Source of the DNA: an uncultured Pelagibacteraceae bacterium | Lineage (GTDB): Bacteria > Pseudomonadota > Alphaproteobacteria > Pelagibacterales > Pelagibacteraceae | DNA: 64,000 nt | Direction: 5' to 3' | NCBI GenBank assembly: GCA_902629075.1 | Contig: CACOPK010000005.1 | Coordinates: 2,104-66,103 of the forward strand | Shown here: positions 1 through 8,753 of the stretch, one piece after another | Position numbering within the stretch: position 1 is the stretch's first letter | Layout: each line of letters opens with the position of its first letter | Program-made: the position numbers and the translations under genes | The notes under the pieces: generated by a model | What the model was told of the DNA's origin: nothing | Databases searched by the model: none | What the model saw: the letters and a program-made list of their open reading frames with translations, nothing else

Positions 1-2020
1 AAGAAAAACCAATAAACCAAGTATCCGTATTTTTATTTGTTGTTCCTGTTTTTCCACCTAGATCTAAATTTAATTCCTTAAGACCTTTAGCAGTACCTCT
101 TTTTACTGTTCCTTCTAAAATAGATGTCATTTGGTAAGCTGTTTCGCTGCTCATAACTTGCATGAAATTATTTTTGATCTTTGGAACTTTATCACTTAGA
201 TAAGAAATTTGATCACAACCATCACATTCTCTACTTTCTGAATTAAAAATCGTATTACCTTCACTGTCTTGAATTCTATCAATAAATTTTGGATTTATTA
301 ATTTACCACCATTCACAAAGCTACAGTAGGCATTCGTTAATTTGAGAAGTGTAGTTTCACTAGATCCTAAAGATAACGATAAAAGCTGCTCAGGGTTTTC
401 GTAGATTTTTAAATTTTTTGCAAAATTGGCAATTTTGCTTATACCAACATTTTGTGCAACTCTTACAGTCATTAAATTTCTTGATTTTTCTACTCCTGTC
501 CTAAGCGTTGAGGGTCCGTAGAATTTTTTTCCATAATTTTCTGGTTTCCATAATTTTAAATCTTCTCCTTGATCAAATACAATAGGGGCATCTAATACTA
601 ATGTGGCTGGTGTATATCCATTCTCTAATGCGAGAGCATACACGAAAGGTTTAAAAGCTGACCCTGGTTGTCTCAAAGCTTGAGTAGCTCTGTTAAATTC
701 ACTATTTTTAAAACTGAACCCCCCACTTAATGCTAACACCCTACCTGTATATGGATCCATCACAACAATTGCACCATTTACTTTAGGAAGTTGTCGTAAG
801 CCAAATTTGTTATCTTTAATATTTTCAACATAAACAACATCTCCAATTTTAAATAAATCTTTAAAATTTTTTTTTGTCCAATCTATTGATGAAAATTCTA
901 TTATACCCTCTTTGCCATCAATTGTTTCAATTTCTGCTGAGAAATTACTTAATTTTTTTATAATTGATAAATTCCACCCAATACTTTTTTCCAATCTAAA
1001 TTCGTTAAGATTTTTCCTCCAATTTGTATCATATTTTTTATTTAATACTGGTCCTCTCCATCCTTTTTTTTTGTCAAATTGAACTAATCCTTTTCTAAGA
1101 GATTTAGTTGCTTCATCTTGTAAATATAAATTTAATGGAGTATTTATTGTAAAGCCTTGTTTATACACCTTATCAAATCCATATTTATCAACGATTAATT
1201 TTCTTATATCTTCCACATAGTAATTTGAATTTTCTAGATAAACTGATTTACGTTTATTTAAATTAATCTCTTTTTCTGAGAGTAAATTAAATTTATTTTG
1301 ATTAATATAATTATTATCTAGTAAGTTTTTTAAAACAAGGTTCCTTCTAAATTTTGCTAATTCAATATTTTTATATGGATTGTATCTACTTGGGGCTTTA
1401 GGGAGAGCAGCCAGCAATGCGGCTTCTGAATAATTTAATTCGCTAATTGGTTTATCAAAATATTGTAGACTTGCTGACGCAATACCATAACTCCCTTCTC
1501 CTAAATATATCTGATTCAAATAGAGTTCTAATATTCTCTCTTTTGTAAGAGCTCTCTCAATTCTAAAAGCCAATATTGCTTCTTTAAGTTTTCTGTCGAT
1601 AGATACTTCGTTAGATAATAAAAAATTCTTTGCAACTTGTTGTGTAATTGTAGAAGCACCCTCAAGTCTCTTAGAGGAAAGTAGGTTAGAAATATTATTT
1701 ACTATTGCTCTTAATACACCTTTTGCATCTACCCCTGGATGTTTGAAAAAATTTTTATCCTCCGCAGATAAAAAAGAATTAATTACTAAGGGTGGTATAG
1801 AGTTATAAGGTACAAATATTCTTTTTTCAGATGAAAATTCGCTTAATAATTGTCCATTACTTGAATAGAGTTTGCTAGAAATTGAGGGTTTATAGTTTTT
1901 TAAAAATTTATAATCCGGTAGATCATTAGAATAATACCATAAAATACTTATTATTCCCAACAAACCTATGGTTGAGAGAAATGCACTAAATATCAATATT
2001 TTTTTAAAGTAATTGATCAT
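1..2020 (-). CDS. mrcA: Penicillin-binding protein 1A (bifunctional transglycosylase/transpeptidase), 3' end runs off the window
   Basis: Not in the ORF track. Read manually from ATG at 2020: MINYFKKILIF...LPDYKFLKNYKP. Transglycosylase motif GASTITQQVAKN; transpeptidase motifs RQPGSAFKP (SxxK) and GKTGTTN. Confidence 0.93.
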   Translation of the reverse strand, partial: MINYFKKILIFSAFLSTIGLLGIISILWYYSNDLPDYKFLKNYKPSISSKLYSSNGQLLSEFSSEKRIFVPYNSIPPLVINSFLSAEDKNFFKHPGVDAKGVLRAIVNNISNLLSSKRLEGASTITQQVAKNFLLSNEVSIDRKLKEAILAFRIERALTKERILELYLNQIYLGEGSYGIASASLQYFDKPISELNYSEAALLAALPKAPSRYNPYKNIELAKFRRNLVLKNLLDNNYINQNKFNLLSEKEINLNKRKSVYLENSNYYVEDIRKLIVDKYGFDKVYKQGFTINTPLNLYLQDEATKSLRKGLVQFDKKKGWRGPVLNKKYDTNWRKNLNEFRLEKSIGWNLSIIKKLSNFSAEIETIDGKEGIIEFSSIDWTKKNFKDLFKIGDVVYVENIKDNKFGLRQLPKVNGAIVVMDPYTGRVLALSGGFSFKNSEFNRATQALRQPGSAFKPFVYALALENGYTPATLVLDAPIVFDQGEDLKLWKPENYGKKFYGPSTLRTGVEKSRNLMTVRVAQNVGISKIANFAKNLKIYENPEQLLSLSLGSSETTLLKLTNAYCSFVNGGKLINPKFIDRIQDSEGNTIFNSESRECDGCDQISYLSDKVPKIKNNFMQVMSSETAYQMTSILEGTVKRGTAKGLKELNLDLGGKTGTTNKNTDTWFIGFS

Positions 2021-2107
2021 TTTTATTTTAATTAATCTATGAATTTGTTAATGTTAAGGCAAAACAATTAAACAAAATTTTAATATGAACCCAACAAACA
2101 GATATAT

Positions 2108-3901
2108 ATGGCAAAGAATTTATTTATCGATGCATCGCATCCAAATCAAACAAGAGTTGTTCTTAAATTTGAAAATGATATCGAAGATTACGAATACGAA
2201 GGCAAAAACAATAATTTAATTAAGAACAACATATACTTAGGAAAAGTAAGTAGAATTGAGCCATCTCTACAAGCTGCATTTGTAGATTTTGGAAGAGAGA
2301 GACATGGCTTTTTATCATTTAATGATATTCAAAGTGATTACTATCAAATCCCGCAAAGTGATATCGAAAAATTAAAAAAAGAAGAAGAAGAGACGAGAAT
2401 CGAACTGCAAAAAAAAAGTGAAAGCGAAGAGAAAGATTTAGAGGAAAAAGATTTAGAGGAAAAAATTCTTGAACCAGAAAATAAAATTGAAAACTCAGAT
2501 GACGAAAGTCAACTTGTAGGAAGAAATAATATAGAAAATAAAAATAATTTAATATACCCAAAAAAAAGATATAAAATTCAAGAAGTAATAAAGCCAAATC
2601 AAGTTATTCTTGTTCAAGTACTTAAAGACGAAAGAGGATTAAAAGGAGCGGCGTTAACAACATTCATATCTATAGCTGGAAAATATACAGTTCTAATGCC
2701 AAATACTGCGAAAGGTGGCGGAATATCAAGAAAAATTTTCAATCCCGCTGAAAGAAAAAAAATCAGACAAATATTAAATTTGATTGATATTCCCAAAGAG
2801 ATGGGTTTGATTGTTAGAACTGCTGGATCCAATAAAACTAAAAACGATATTGAGTCAGATCTTCAAAATTCTATAAATGCTTGGGAGGAAATTAAAAATA
2901 AAGCTTTGGATTCGATTGCTCCATCAATAATTTTTGAGGAAAGTGATATAATAAAAAGAAGTATTAGAGATATGGTTGATGATGACGTCCAAAATATTTT
3001 TGTTGAAGGTAATGATGGTTATCAAAAAGCAAAATTATATATAAAGCAACTAATGCCAAAACAAATTAAAAAAGTAAAAAAATATAGAGATAAAATACCT
3101 CTTTTTTTTAAAAATAAGATCGAAGGTAAACTTTATGAAATTTACAAGTCAGAAGTAAAACTTAAATCTGGTGGATATCTTGTAATTAATCCTACTGAAG
3201 CTCTTGTTTCAATCGATGTTAACTCAGGAAAGTCAATCAAGCAAAGAAATGTAGAAAGTACGGCTCTAGATACGAATTTAGAGGCGGCTGAAGAAATTTC
3301 AAGACAAATAAAAATAAGAGATTTGTCTGGATTAATAATAATCGATTTCATAGATATGCATAATTTCTCTAATAGAAGACAAGTTGAGAGGAAACTAAAA
3401 GAAAAATGTAGAAAAGATAGAGCCAGAGTTCAAATTGGGAGAATTACTCATTTTGGTTTGTTAGAAATGTCTAGACAAAGATTAAGGGAAAGCAATGTAA
3501 AATGGTATATGAGTCTTACGAATGAGTCTCAAGCTTTGAAAGTTTTAAAACTTGCTGAAATAAAATGTTTAGAAAATAAATCTAAAGAAATTCAAATTTC
3601 TTTAAATAAAAAAACTATTGATTTTCTTAATAAAAATAGTGAAGAAGATATTAAGTTTTTTCAAAAAAAGAATAAAATTAAAATTGGATTTAAAGAAGAT
3701 TTAGAATTCGATGTAAATGATTACAAAATAGAATTTAAATCAAAAACAAATAAAATAGTAGAAACGATACAGTCTGAAAAAATAATTAAAAGTGAAACAA
3801 ATGTTATAAAATTTGAAGACAAAAGGAAAAATTTTAAAAAATCATTTTCTAAAAATTCAAAAAAAAAATTTGTAAAAAAATATAAAAAAAAAACTAAATA
3901 A
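2108..3901 (+). CDS. rne: Ribonuclease E/G family endoribonuclease
   Basis: NIYLGKVSRIEPSLQAAFVDFG (S1 domain), TEALVSIDVNSG, IRDLSGLIIIDFIDM, GLLEMSRQR; short basic C-terminal tail. Confidence 0.95.
   Translation: MAKNLFIDASHPNQTRVVLKFENDIEDYEYEGKNNNLIKNNIYLGKVSRIEPSLQAAFVDFGRERHGFLSFNDIQSDYYQIPQSDIEKLKKEEEETRIELQKKSESEEKDLEEKDLEEKILEPENKIENSDDESQLVGRNNIENKNNLIYPKKRYKIQEVIKPNQVILVQVLKDERGLKGAALTTFISIAGKYTVLMPNTAKGGGISRKIFNPAERKKIRQILNLIDIPKEMGLIVRTAGSNKTKNDIESDLQNSINAWEEIKNKALDSIAPSIIFEESDIIKRSIRDMVDDDVQNIFVEGNDGYQKAKLYIKQLMPKQIKKVKKYRDKIPLFFKNKIEGKLYEIYKSEVKLKSGGYLVINPTEALVSIDVNSGKSIKQRNVESTALDTNLEAAEEISRQIKIRDLSGLIIIDFIDMHNFSNRRQVERKLKEKCRKDRARVQIGRITHFGLLEMSRQRLRESNVKWYMSLTNESQALKVLKLAEIKCLENKSKEIQISLNKKTIDFLNKNSEEDIKFFQKKNKIKIGFKEDLEFDVNDYKIEFKSKTNKIVETIQSEKIIKSETNVIKFEDKRKNFKKSFSKNSKKKFVKKYKKKTK
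2432..2461 (+). repeat. Exact 15-bp tandem duplication (AAAGATTTAGAGGAA x2) inside rne
   Basis: Read directly from the sequence; encodes KDLEE twice in the acidic S1 insertion. Confidence 0.85.
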
Positions 3902-4670
3902 TTCCTTTATTTGGTGATGAAGCGCTTCCAAAAAAATTTTTTTTCATTCTTATAGATAAATAAGATTTTCTTCCCGACAATACTGCTAACTTCATTGCTT
4001 TTGCCATTTCGATTGGATTTTGAGATTTTGCAATAGCAGTATTAACTAATACTCCATCACATCCTAGCTCCATAGCAATAGTAGCATCGGACGCTTGTCC
4101 GATGCCAGCATCTATCAAAAGTGGAATTTTGATCTTTTGTTTAATTATTTGAATATTGATTTTATTTTGAATTCCTAAACCTGAGCCAATAGGAGCTGCT
4201 AGAGGCATGATTGCAACAGCTCCTGAGTTTTCCAATCTTTTTGCCATCAAAGGATCGTCGTTACAATATACCATAACCTGAAAACCTTCTTTTGTTAAAA
4301 TTTCTGTTGATCTTAATGTTTCAATCATATCTGGTAGTAATGTTTTTTTATCACCTAAAATTTCCAATTTAACAAGTTTCCATCCACCAATTTCTCTTGC
4401 TAATCTCAGGGTTCTAAGTGCATCTAATGAGTTAAAGCAACCAGCTGTGTTGGGTAAATAAGTAATTTTTTTTGGATTTAAATAATCCATTAATAATGGT
4501 TTTTTTTTATCACTTATGTTTACTCTTCTGACAGCAACAGTAACAATTTCTGCTCCAGAGGCTTTTACAGCGCTAGCACATTCTTTGAAATTTTTATATT
4601 TACCTGTCCCAACTATCAATCTTGAATTAAATTTTTTATTTGCAATTTTAAAAATATCTTTTTTTATCAT
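3894..4670 (-). CDS. thiG: Thiazole synthase
   Basis: SRLIVGTGKY, LPNTAGC, KLE, MPLAAPIGSGLG, DAGIG motifs. Confidence 0.97.
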   Translation of the reverse strand: MIKKDIFKIANKKFNSRLIVGTGKYKNFKECASAVKASGAEIVTVAVRRVNISDKKKPLLMDYLNPKKITYLPNTAGCFNSLDALRTLRLAREIGGWKLVKLEILGDKKTLLPDMIETLRSTEILTKEGFQVMVYCNDDPLMAKRLENSGAVAIMPLAAPIGSGLGIQNKINIQIIKQKIKIPLLIDAGIGQASDATIAMELGCDGVLVNTAIAKSQNPIEMAKAMKLAVLSGRKSYLSIRMKKNFFGSASSPNKGII

Positions 4671-4888
4671 TAACCTCCTCCTATAAAATGGACTATTTCT
4701 ATTTTATCGTTAGATTTAAGTAAAATTTTTCTAATTTTTTTCTTTTCTATAATCATATTATTTTTTTCAATTGCTATCTTGTTTAATGGAAACTTGAATT
4801 TATTTAACAAGATCTGGAGGTTTGTACCTTTATTAACGCTTATTACCTTGCCATTTAACTTTATTTTTATTTTATTTTTTTTTAGCAT
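4670..4888 (-). CDS. thiS: Sulfur carrier protein ThiS
   Basis: Small ubiquitin-like protein ending IEIVHFIGGG; overlaps the thiG start. Confidence 0.93.
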   Translation of the reverse strand: MLKKNKIKIKLNGKVISVNKGTNLQILLNKFKFPLNKIAIEKNNMIIEKKKIRKILLKSNDKIEIVHFIGGG

Positions 4889-4904
4889 GTATTATAAATA
4901 ATTT

Positions 4905-5354
4905 GTGCAAAATAATATCATAATAATTAACGGACCAAATATAAATTTACTTGGAGATAGAGATAAATCAATATATGGGAAAGAAAGTTATGAAGATTTA
5001 ATAAATAAATGTAAGTCAGAGGCAAAAATAAAGAAAATCAATATTGACTTTTATCAATCAAATGTCGAAGGCGAGTTAGTTACAAAAATTCAAGAATCAA
5101 TAAAACGTTATGATGGTATGATTATTAATGCAGCAGCATTTACACATACATCAGTTGCAATTAGAGATGCGTTAAGTCTTTTCAAAAAACCAATGATAGA
5201 ATTACATATCTCAAATATTTATAAAAGAGAGGAATTTAGACATAAATCTTTAATAAGTGATATTGTTACTGGGGTTATATGTGGACTTGGGACAAATGGC
5301 TATATTTTAGCCATAAATTCAATTTATCAAATGATCAACAATGGAAATAAATAA
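4905..5354 (+). CDS. aroQ: Type II 3-dehydroquinate dehydratase (GTG start)
   Basis: INGPNINLLG, QSNVEGEL, HTSVAIRDA, ELHISNIYKREEFRH; aroQ-accB-accC order. Confidence 0.96.
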   Translation: MQNNIIIINGPNINLLGDRDKSIYGKESYEDLINKCKSEAKIKKINIDFYQSNVEGELVTKIQESIKRYDGMIINAAAFTHTSVAIRDALSLFKKPMIELHISNIYKREEFRHKSLISDIVTGVICGLGTNGYILAINSIYQMINNGNK

Positions 5355-5766
5355 AAAAATTATTAAAGAACTGAAAGATTGTTTAGATGAATTTAATTTA
5401 AACGAAATTGAATATTCTTACAAAGATACAAAAATTAAAGTATCAAAAAAAACTTCTAATGAAATCATTTCAAATGAAGTTTCGCCTAAAACAAGTCAGG
5501 TTATTAATTCAAATCAAATAAATGAAATTTCAGGTAAAAAAGTAACTTCTCCTATAATTGGAACAGCTTACCTGGCTCCTGAACCAGGTGGAAAAAAATT
5601 TGCAGAAGTAGGAAAAAAAATTAAAAAAGGTGATACAATTATGATTGTTGAAGCCATGAAAACAATGAATCATGTCCCTAGCTCTTATGATGGAGTCATT
5701 AAAGAAGTTTGTGTTTCAGATGGTCAGCCTGTAGAGTTTGGTCAAGCTCTTATTATCGTAGAATAA
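5341..5766 (+). CDS. accB: Acetyl-CoA carboxylase biotin carboxyl carrier protein
   Basis: Biotinylation motif EAMKTM; GQPVEFGQ. Confidence 0.96.
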   Translation: MEINKKIIKELKDCLDEFNLNEIEYSYKDTKIKVSKKTSNEIISNEVSPKTSQVINSNQINEISGKKVTSPIIGTAYLAPEPGGKKFAEVGKKIKKGDTIMIVEAMKTMNHVPSSYDGVIKEVCVSDGQPVEFGQALIIVE

Positions 5767-7104
5767 ATGTTCAAAAAAATTTTGATTGCTAATCGTGGAG
5801 AGATAGCTGTAAGAATAATTAGAGCTTGTAAGGAATGGGGTATATCTACAGTAGCAATCCATTCGGATGTGGATAGAGAAAGCATGCATGTAAAACTTGC
5901 AGATGAAAGTGTTTGCATTGGATCGCATCAGCCTGCAAATAGTTATTTAAATATTCCATCAATTTTGTCTGCTATAGAGCTAACTAATGCAGAAGCTGTT
6001 CACCCAGGTTATGGATTTTTATCTGAAAATTTTAATTTTGCAAAAATTTTAGAGGAAAATAATATTAAATTTATTGGACCTTCCTCAAAACATATTCAAA
6101 TGATGGGAGATAAGATTCAAGCAAAAAAAATTGCTAAAGAATATGGGTTGCCAGTCATAGAAGGCTCAGAAGGTGGTGTAAAAAATGTTAAAGATGCCGA
6201 GGAAATTTTAAAAAAAACTGGGTTCCCTGTTTTAATCAAGGCTGCAGGTGGAGGTGGTGGAAAAGGAATGAAAATAGTAAAAAATAAAAATGACTTTGAA
6301 AGTCTTTTTCTAACTGCAAAGCTAGAAGCAAAAAAATACTTTAATAATGATGAAGTTTATATTGAGAAATTTTTTGAAAATCCTAGACATATCGAAGTTC
6401 AAATTTTAGCAGGAAAAAATATGGTAGTGCATTTACATGAAAGAGATTGTTCAGTTCAAAGAAGGCATCAAAAACTTATAGAAGAGACACCGAGTCCAGT
6501 ATTGAATAACGAATTGAGAAATGAATTATTTAGAAAAACTGTAAATATGGTTCAAAAAATTGGTTATGAAGGTGCTGGAACTGTAGAATTCATATATGAG
6601 GATGGAAAGTTTTATTTTTTAGAGATGAACACACGAGTTCAAGTAGAACATCCGGTCACTGAAGTAGTAACAGGAATAGACATTATTAAAGAACAAATAT
6701 TCATAGCCTTCAGTGGTGAAACTGCATTAAAACAAGAAGATATTAATCCTAGAGGACATGCTATTGAATGTAGAATTAATGCAGAGGATCCTTCTAAAAA
6801 TTTTCAACCATCACCAGGCACTATTGGGATGTGTCATCAGCCATCGGGTTTTAGAACAAGAGTTGATGGTGCAATATATCAAGGATATAAAGTTACACCA
6901 TATTATGACAGTATGATTTGTAAATTAATTTGTCACGGAAGAAACAGAACAGAAGCAATACAAAGAATGAATAGATCCCTAGATGAGTTTGTAATTGAAG
7001 GCATAACAACTACAATTGAACTTCACAAAAAACTTATAAATCATAAAAAATTTGTTACATCAGACTTTAACGTTACCTGGTTAGATAAAGATAAAATCAT
7101 ATAA
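5767..7104 (+). CDS. accC: Acetyl-CoA carboxylase biotin carboxylase subunit
   Basis: ILIANRGEIA, HPGYGFLSEN, GGGGKGM, ERDCSVQRRHQK, EMNTRVQVEH. Confidence 0.97.
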   Translation: MFKKILIANRGEIAVRIIRACKEWGISTVAIHSDVDRESMHVKLADESVCIGSHQPANSYLNIPSILSAIELTNAEAVHPGYGFLSENFNFAKILEENNIKFIGPSSKHIQMMGDKIQAKKIAKEYGLPVIEGSEGGVKNVKDAEEILKKTGFPVLIKAAGGGGGKGMKIVKNKNDFESLFLTAKLEAKKYFNNDEVYIEKFFENPRHIEVQILAGKNMVVHLHERDCSVQRRHQKLIEETPSPVLNNELRNELFRKTVNMVQKIGYEGAGTVEFIYEDGKFYFLEMNTRVQVEHPVTEVVTGIDIIKEQIFIAFSGETALKQEDINPRGHAIECRINAEDPSKNFQPSPGTIGMCHQPSGFRTRVDGAIYQGYKVTPYYDSMICKLICHGRNRTEAIQRMNRSLDEFVIEGITTTIELHKKLINHKKFVTSDFNVTWLDKDKII

Positions 7105-7513
7105 TTTTACAAGAACTTAACCATAAATCATAAACCGGATGATCAAAAGGATTAAGAGTTGGACTTGAAGAAAATGTCCAGCCGTTGAATACATAGACTT
7201 TTTCTTTGTCTGAAATATTTGTATCTTTTACTTGGATATAAGCAGTAATTTCAGGATCATCATCAAACTTAGAATTTTCACATTTTAGAACTTTTATTAG
7301 CAAGTTTTGAAATTTTTTCTCCTCTCCTAATGTTAACTTTAACATAGTATTTTTGGAGCTAACTTTATCCAAAATATTTATTTCAACTAAAATATTTTTG
7401 GTAATGCTATTATTTTCATTTGCATAAGATTTAGAAATATTCATTAGAAAAATAATTAAAATGAAAAATTTAATTATTCCAAGATTTATATTTTTTTTTT
7501 GTTGCATTCTCAT
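7097..7513 (-). CDS. DUF2155 family exported protein
   Basis: Signal-peptide-like N-terminus; LDKVS and VFNGWTFSSSPTLNPFDHPVYDLW; usual position beside NDUFA12 in alphaproteobacteria. Confidence 0.8.
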   Translation of the reverse strand: MRMQQKKNINLGIIKFFILIIFLMNISKSYANENNSITKNILVEINILDKVSSKNTMLKLTLGEEKKFQNLLIKVLKCENSKFDDDPEITAYIQVKDTNISDKEKVYVFNGWTFSSSPTLNPFDHPVYDLWLSSCKII

Positions 7514-7832
7514 TTTTTTGTGGATTGTAAGCTTTTTCTGTACCAGTCTGATTTGGAGTATGACTTTTTTGCCAGTCGTATTTTTTTAATTCATGTGTTT
7601 CCTCAATTTTGTTTTTAATTGAGTGCATCCAAGAATACCATTCAATTGGAATTTTTGTTGCTTCAATTTCTCCGTTATAAATTACCCATCTTTTAGTTTT
7701 TTTTTTATTTTCATAATATTTATTTCCATACTCATCCACCCCAACAAGTTTTCCAAAAAAAATTGTTTGCAATCTTGTTCCAAGTGTCTGGCGATTCCAC
7801 CAAGTCAAAATTTCTTTAATGAATGTCAACAT
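7470..7832 (-). CDS. NADH:ubiquinone oxidoreductase subunit NDUFA12-like protein
   Basis: TWWNRQTLGT, GVDEYGNKYY, RWVIY, IPIEWYSWMH; ATG at 7832 preferred over the upstream TTG. Confidence 0.9.
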   Translation of the reverse strand: MLTFIKEILTWWNRQTLGTRLQTIFFGKLVGVDEYGNKYYENKKKTKRWVIYNGEIEATKIPIEWYSWMHSIKNKIEETHELKKYDWQKSHTPNQTGTEKAYNPQKNENATKKKYKSWNN

Positions 7833-7926
7833 ATTTATTTTCAATTTCTAATTGTAAAAAAAAAATTAGACTAAACTTTAATTATGTATATACATTAAAT
7901 TATTAAACTCAAAATATTTTTAATTT

Positions 7927-8748
7927 ATGGCAAAATATATAGTAGAAACTTATTATACTTGTACTTTCAAAGTTAAGCATTATTTAGATGATATTGGTAA
8001 TAATCAATTAGATCAGCTTGAAAAAAGGGAAGATGGGGAATACGAAATTTTAGACGTAAAATTTGATAAAAGAAATACAAAAAATTTAGAAAAAAATTCT
8101 GATAAAGTAGAAATAAAATTTAACGATTCTATCAAAAATATTAATAATAAAAATAAAGTTAATGATCCTAAAAATATTGCTTTAAATAACGTATTTAAGG
8201 AAAATATAACAAAAAGATTTAGCATGCCAGACAGAAGAAAAGGTTATATTCAAAAAGCTACTATTGGGGATCATAAAGTGTATTTGCATACTGGCGAGTA
8301 TGAAGACGGTAAGATTGGTGAAATATTTATAGATACATCAAAAGAGGGAGAGTTGGTAAAAGCGTTGATGAACAATTTTGCCATAGCTGTTTCTCTAGGC
8401 TTGCAATATGGTGTGCCACTAGATGAGTTTGTGAGCGCTTTCATAGGAACAAAATTTGAACCATCAGGAAAAGTTCAAGGAAATGACAGAATTTTAAGTG
8501 CTTCTTCAATATTAGACTATATTTTTAGAGAATTAGCTATTTCTTATTTAAATAGAGAGGATCTTGCTCACACTCCCTCTATTGCTAATAAAAATAACGA
8601 TCAAGAAGAACAGAATAACGATGAGCAAAACCAATTTATAAATTTGGTAAAGGATATTACTAGCAAAGGCTTTGTAAGAAATAATTATAGAGAAAAATTA
8701 ATAGATCTTTCTGATATAAAACTTAATTTAAAAGGAAAAAAGAAATAA
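7927..8748 (+). CDS. Stand-alone protein containing only the C-terminal (TSCPD-like) domain of class II ribonucleotide reductase NrdJ
   Basis: [61 protein letters not shown] matches the alphaproteobacterial NrdJ C-terminus; no catalytic barrel. Confidence 0.8.
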   Translation: MAKYIVETYYTCTFKVKHYLDDIGNNQLDQLEKREDGEYEILDVKFDKRNTKNLEKNSDKVEIKFNDSIKNINNKNKVNDPKNIALNNVFKENITKRFSMPDRRKGYIQKATIGDHKVYLHTGEYEDGKIGEIFIDTSKEGELVKALMNNFAIAVSLGLQYGVPLDEFVSAFIGTKFEPSGKVQGNDRILSASSILDYIFRELAISYLNREDLAHTPSIANKNNDQEEQNNDEQNQFINLVKDITSKGFVRNNYREKLIDLSDIKLNLKGKKK

Positions 8749-8753
8749 AGATT

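Noticed and set aside
7884-7895. Palindrome ATGTATATACAT upstream of the NrdJ-domain gene as an NrdR or LexA box
   Set aside because: It does not fit the NrdR consensus or the alphaproteobacterial LexA repeat, and AT-rich palindromes arise easily by chance here.
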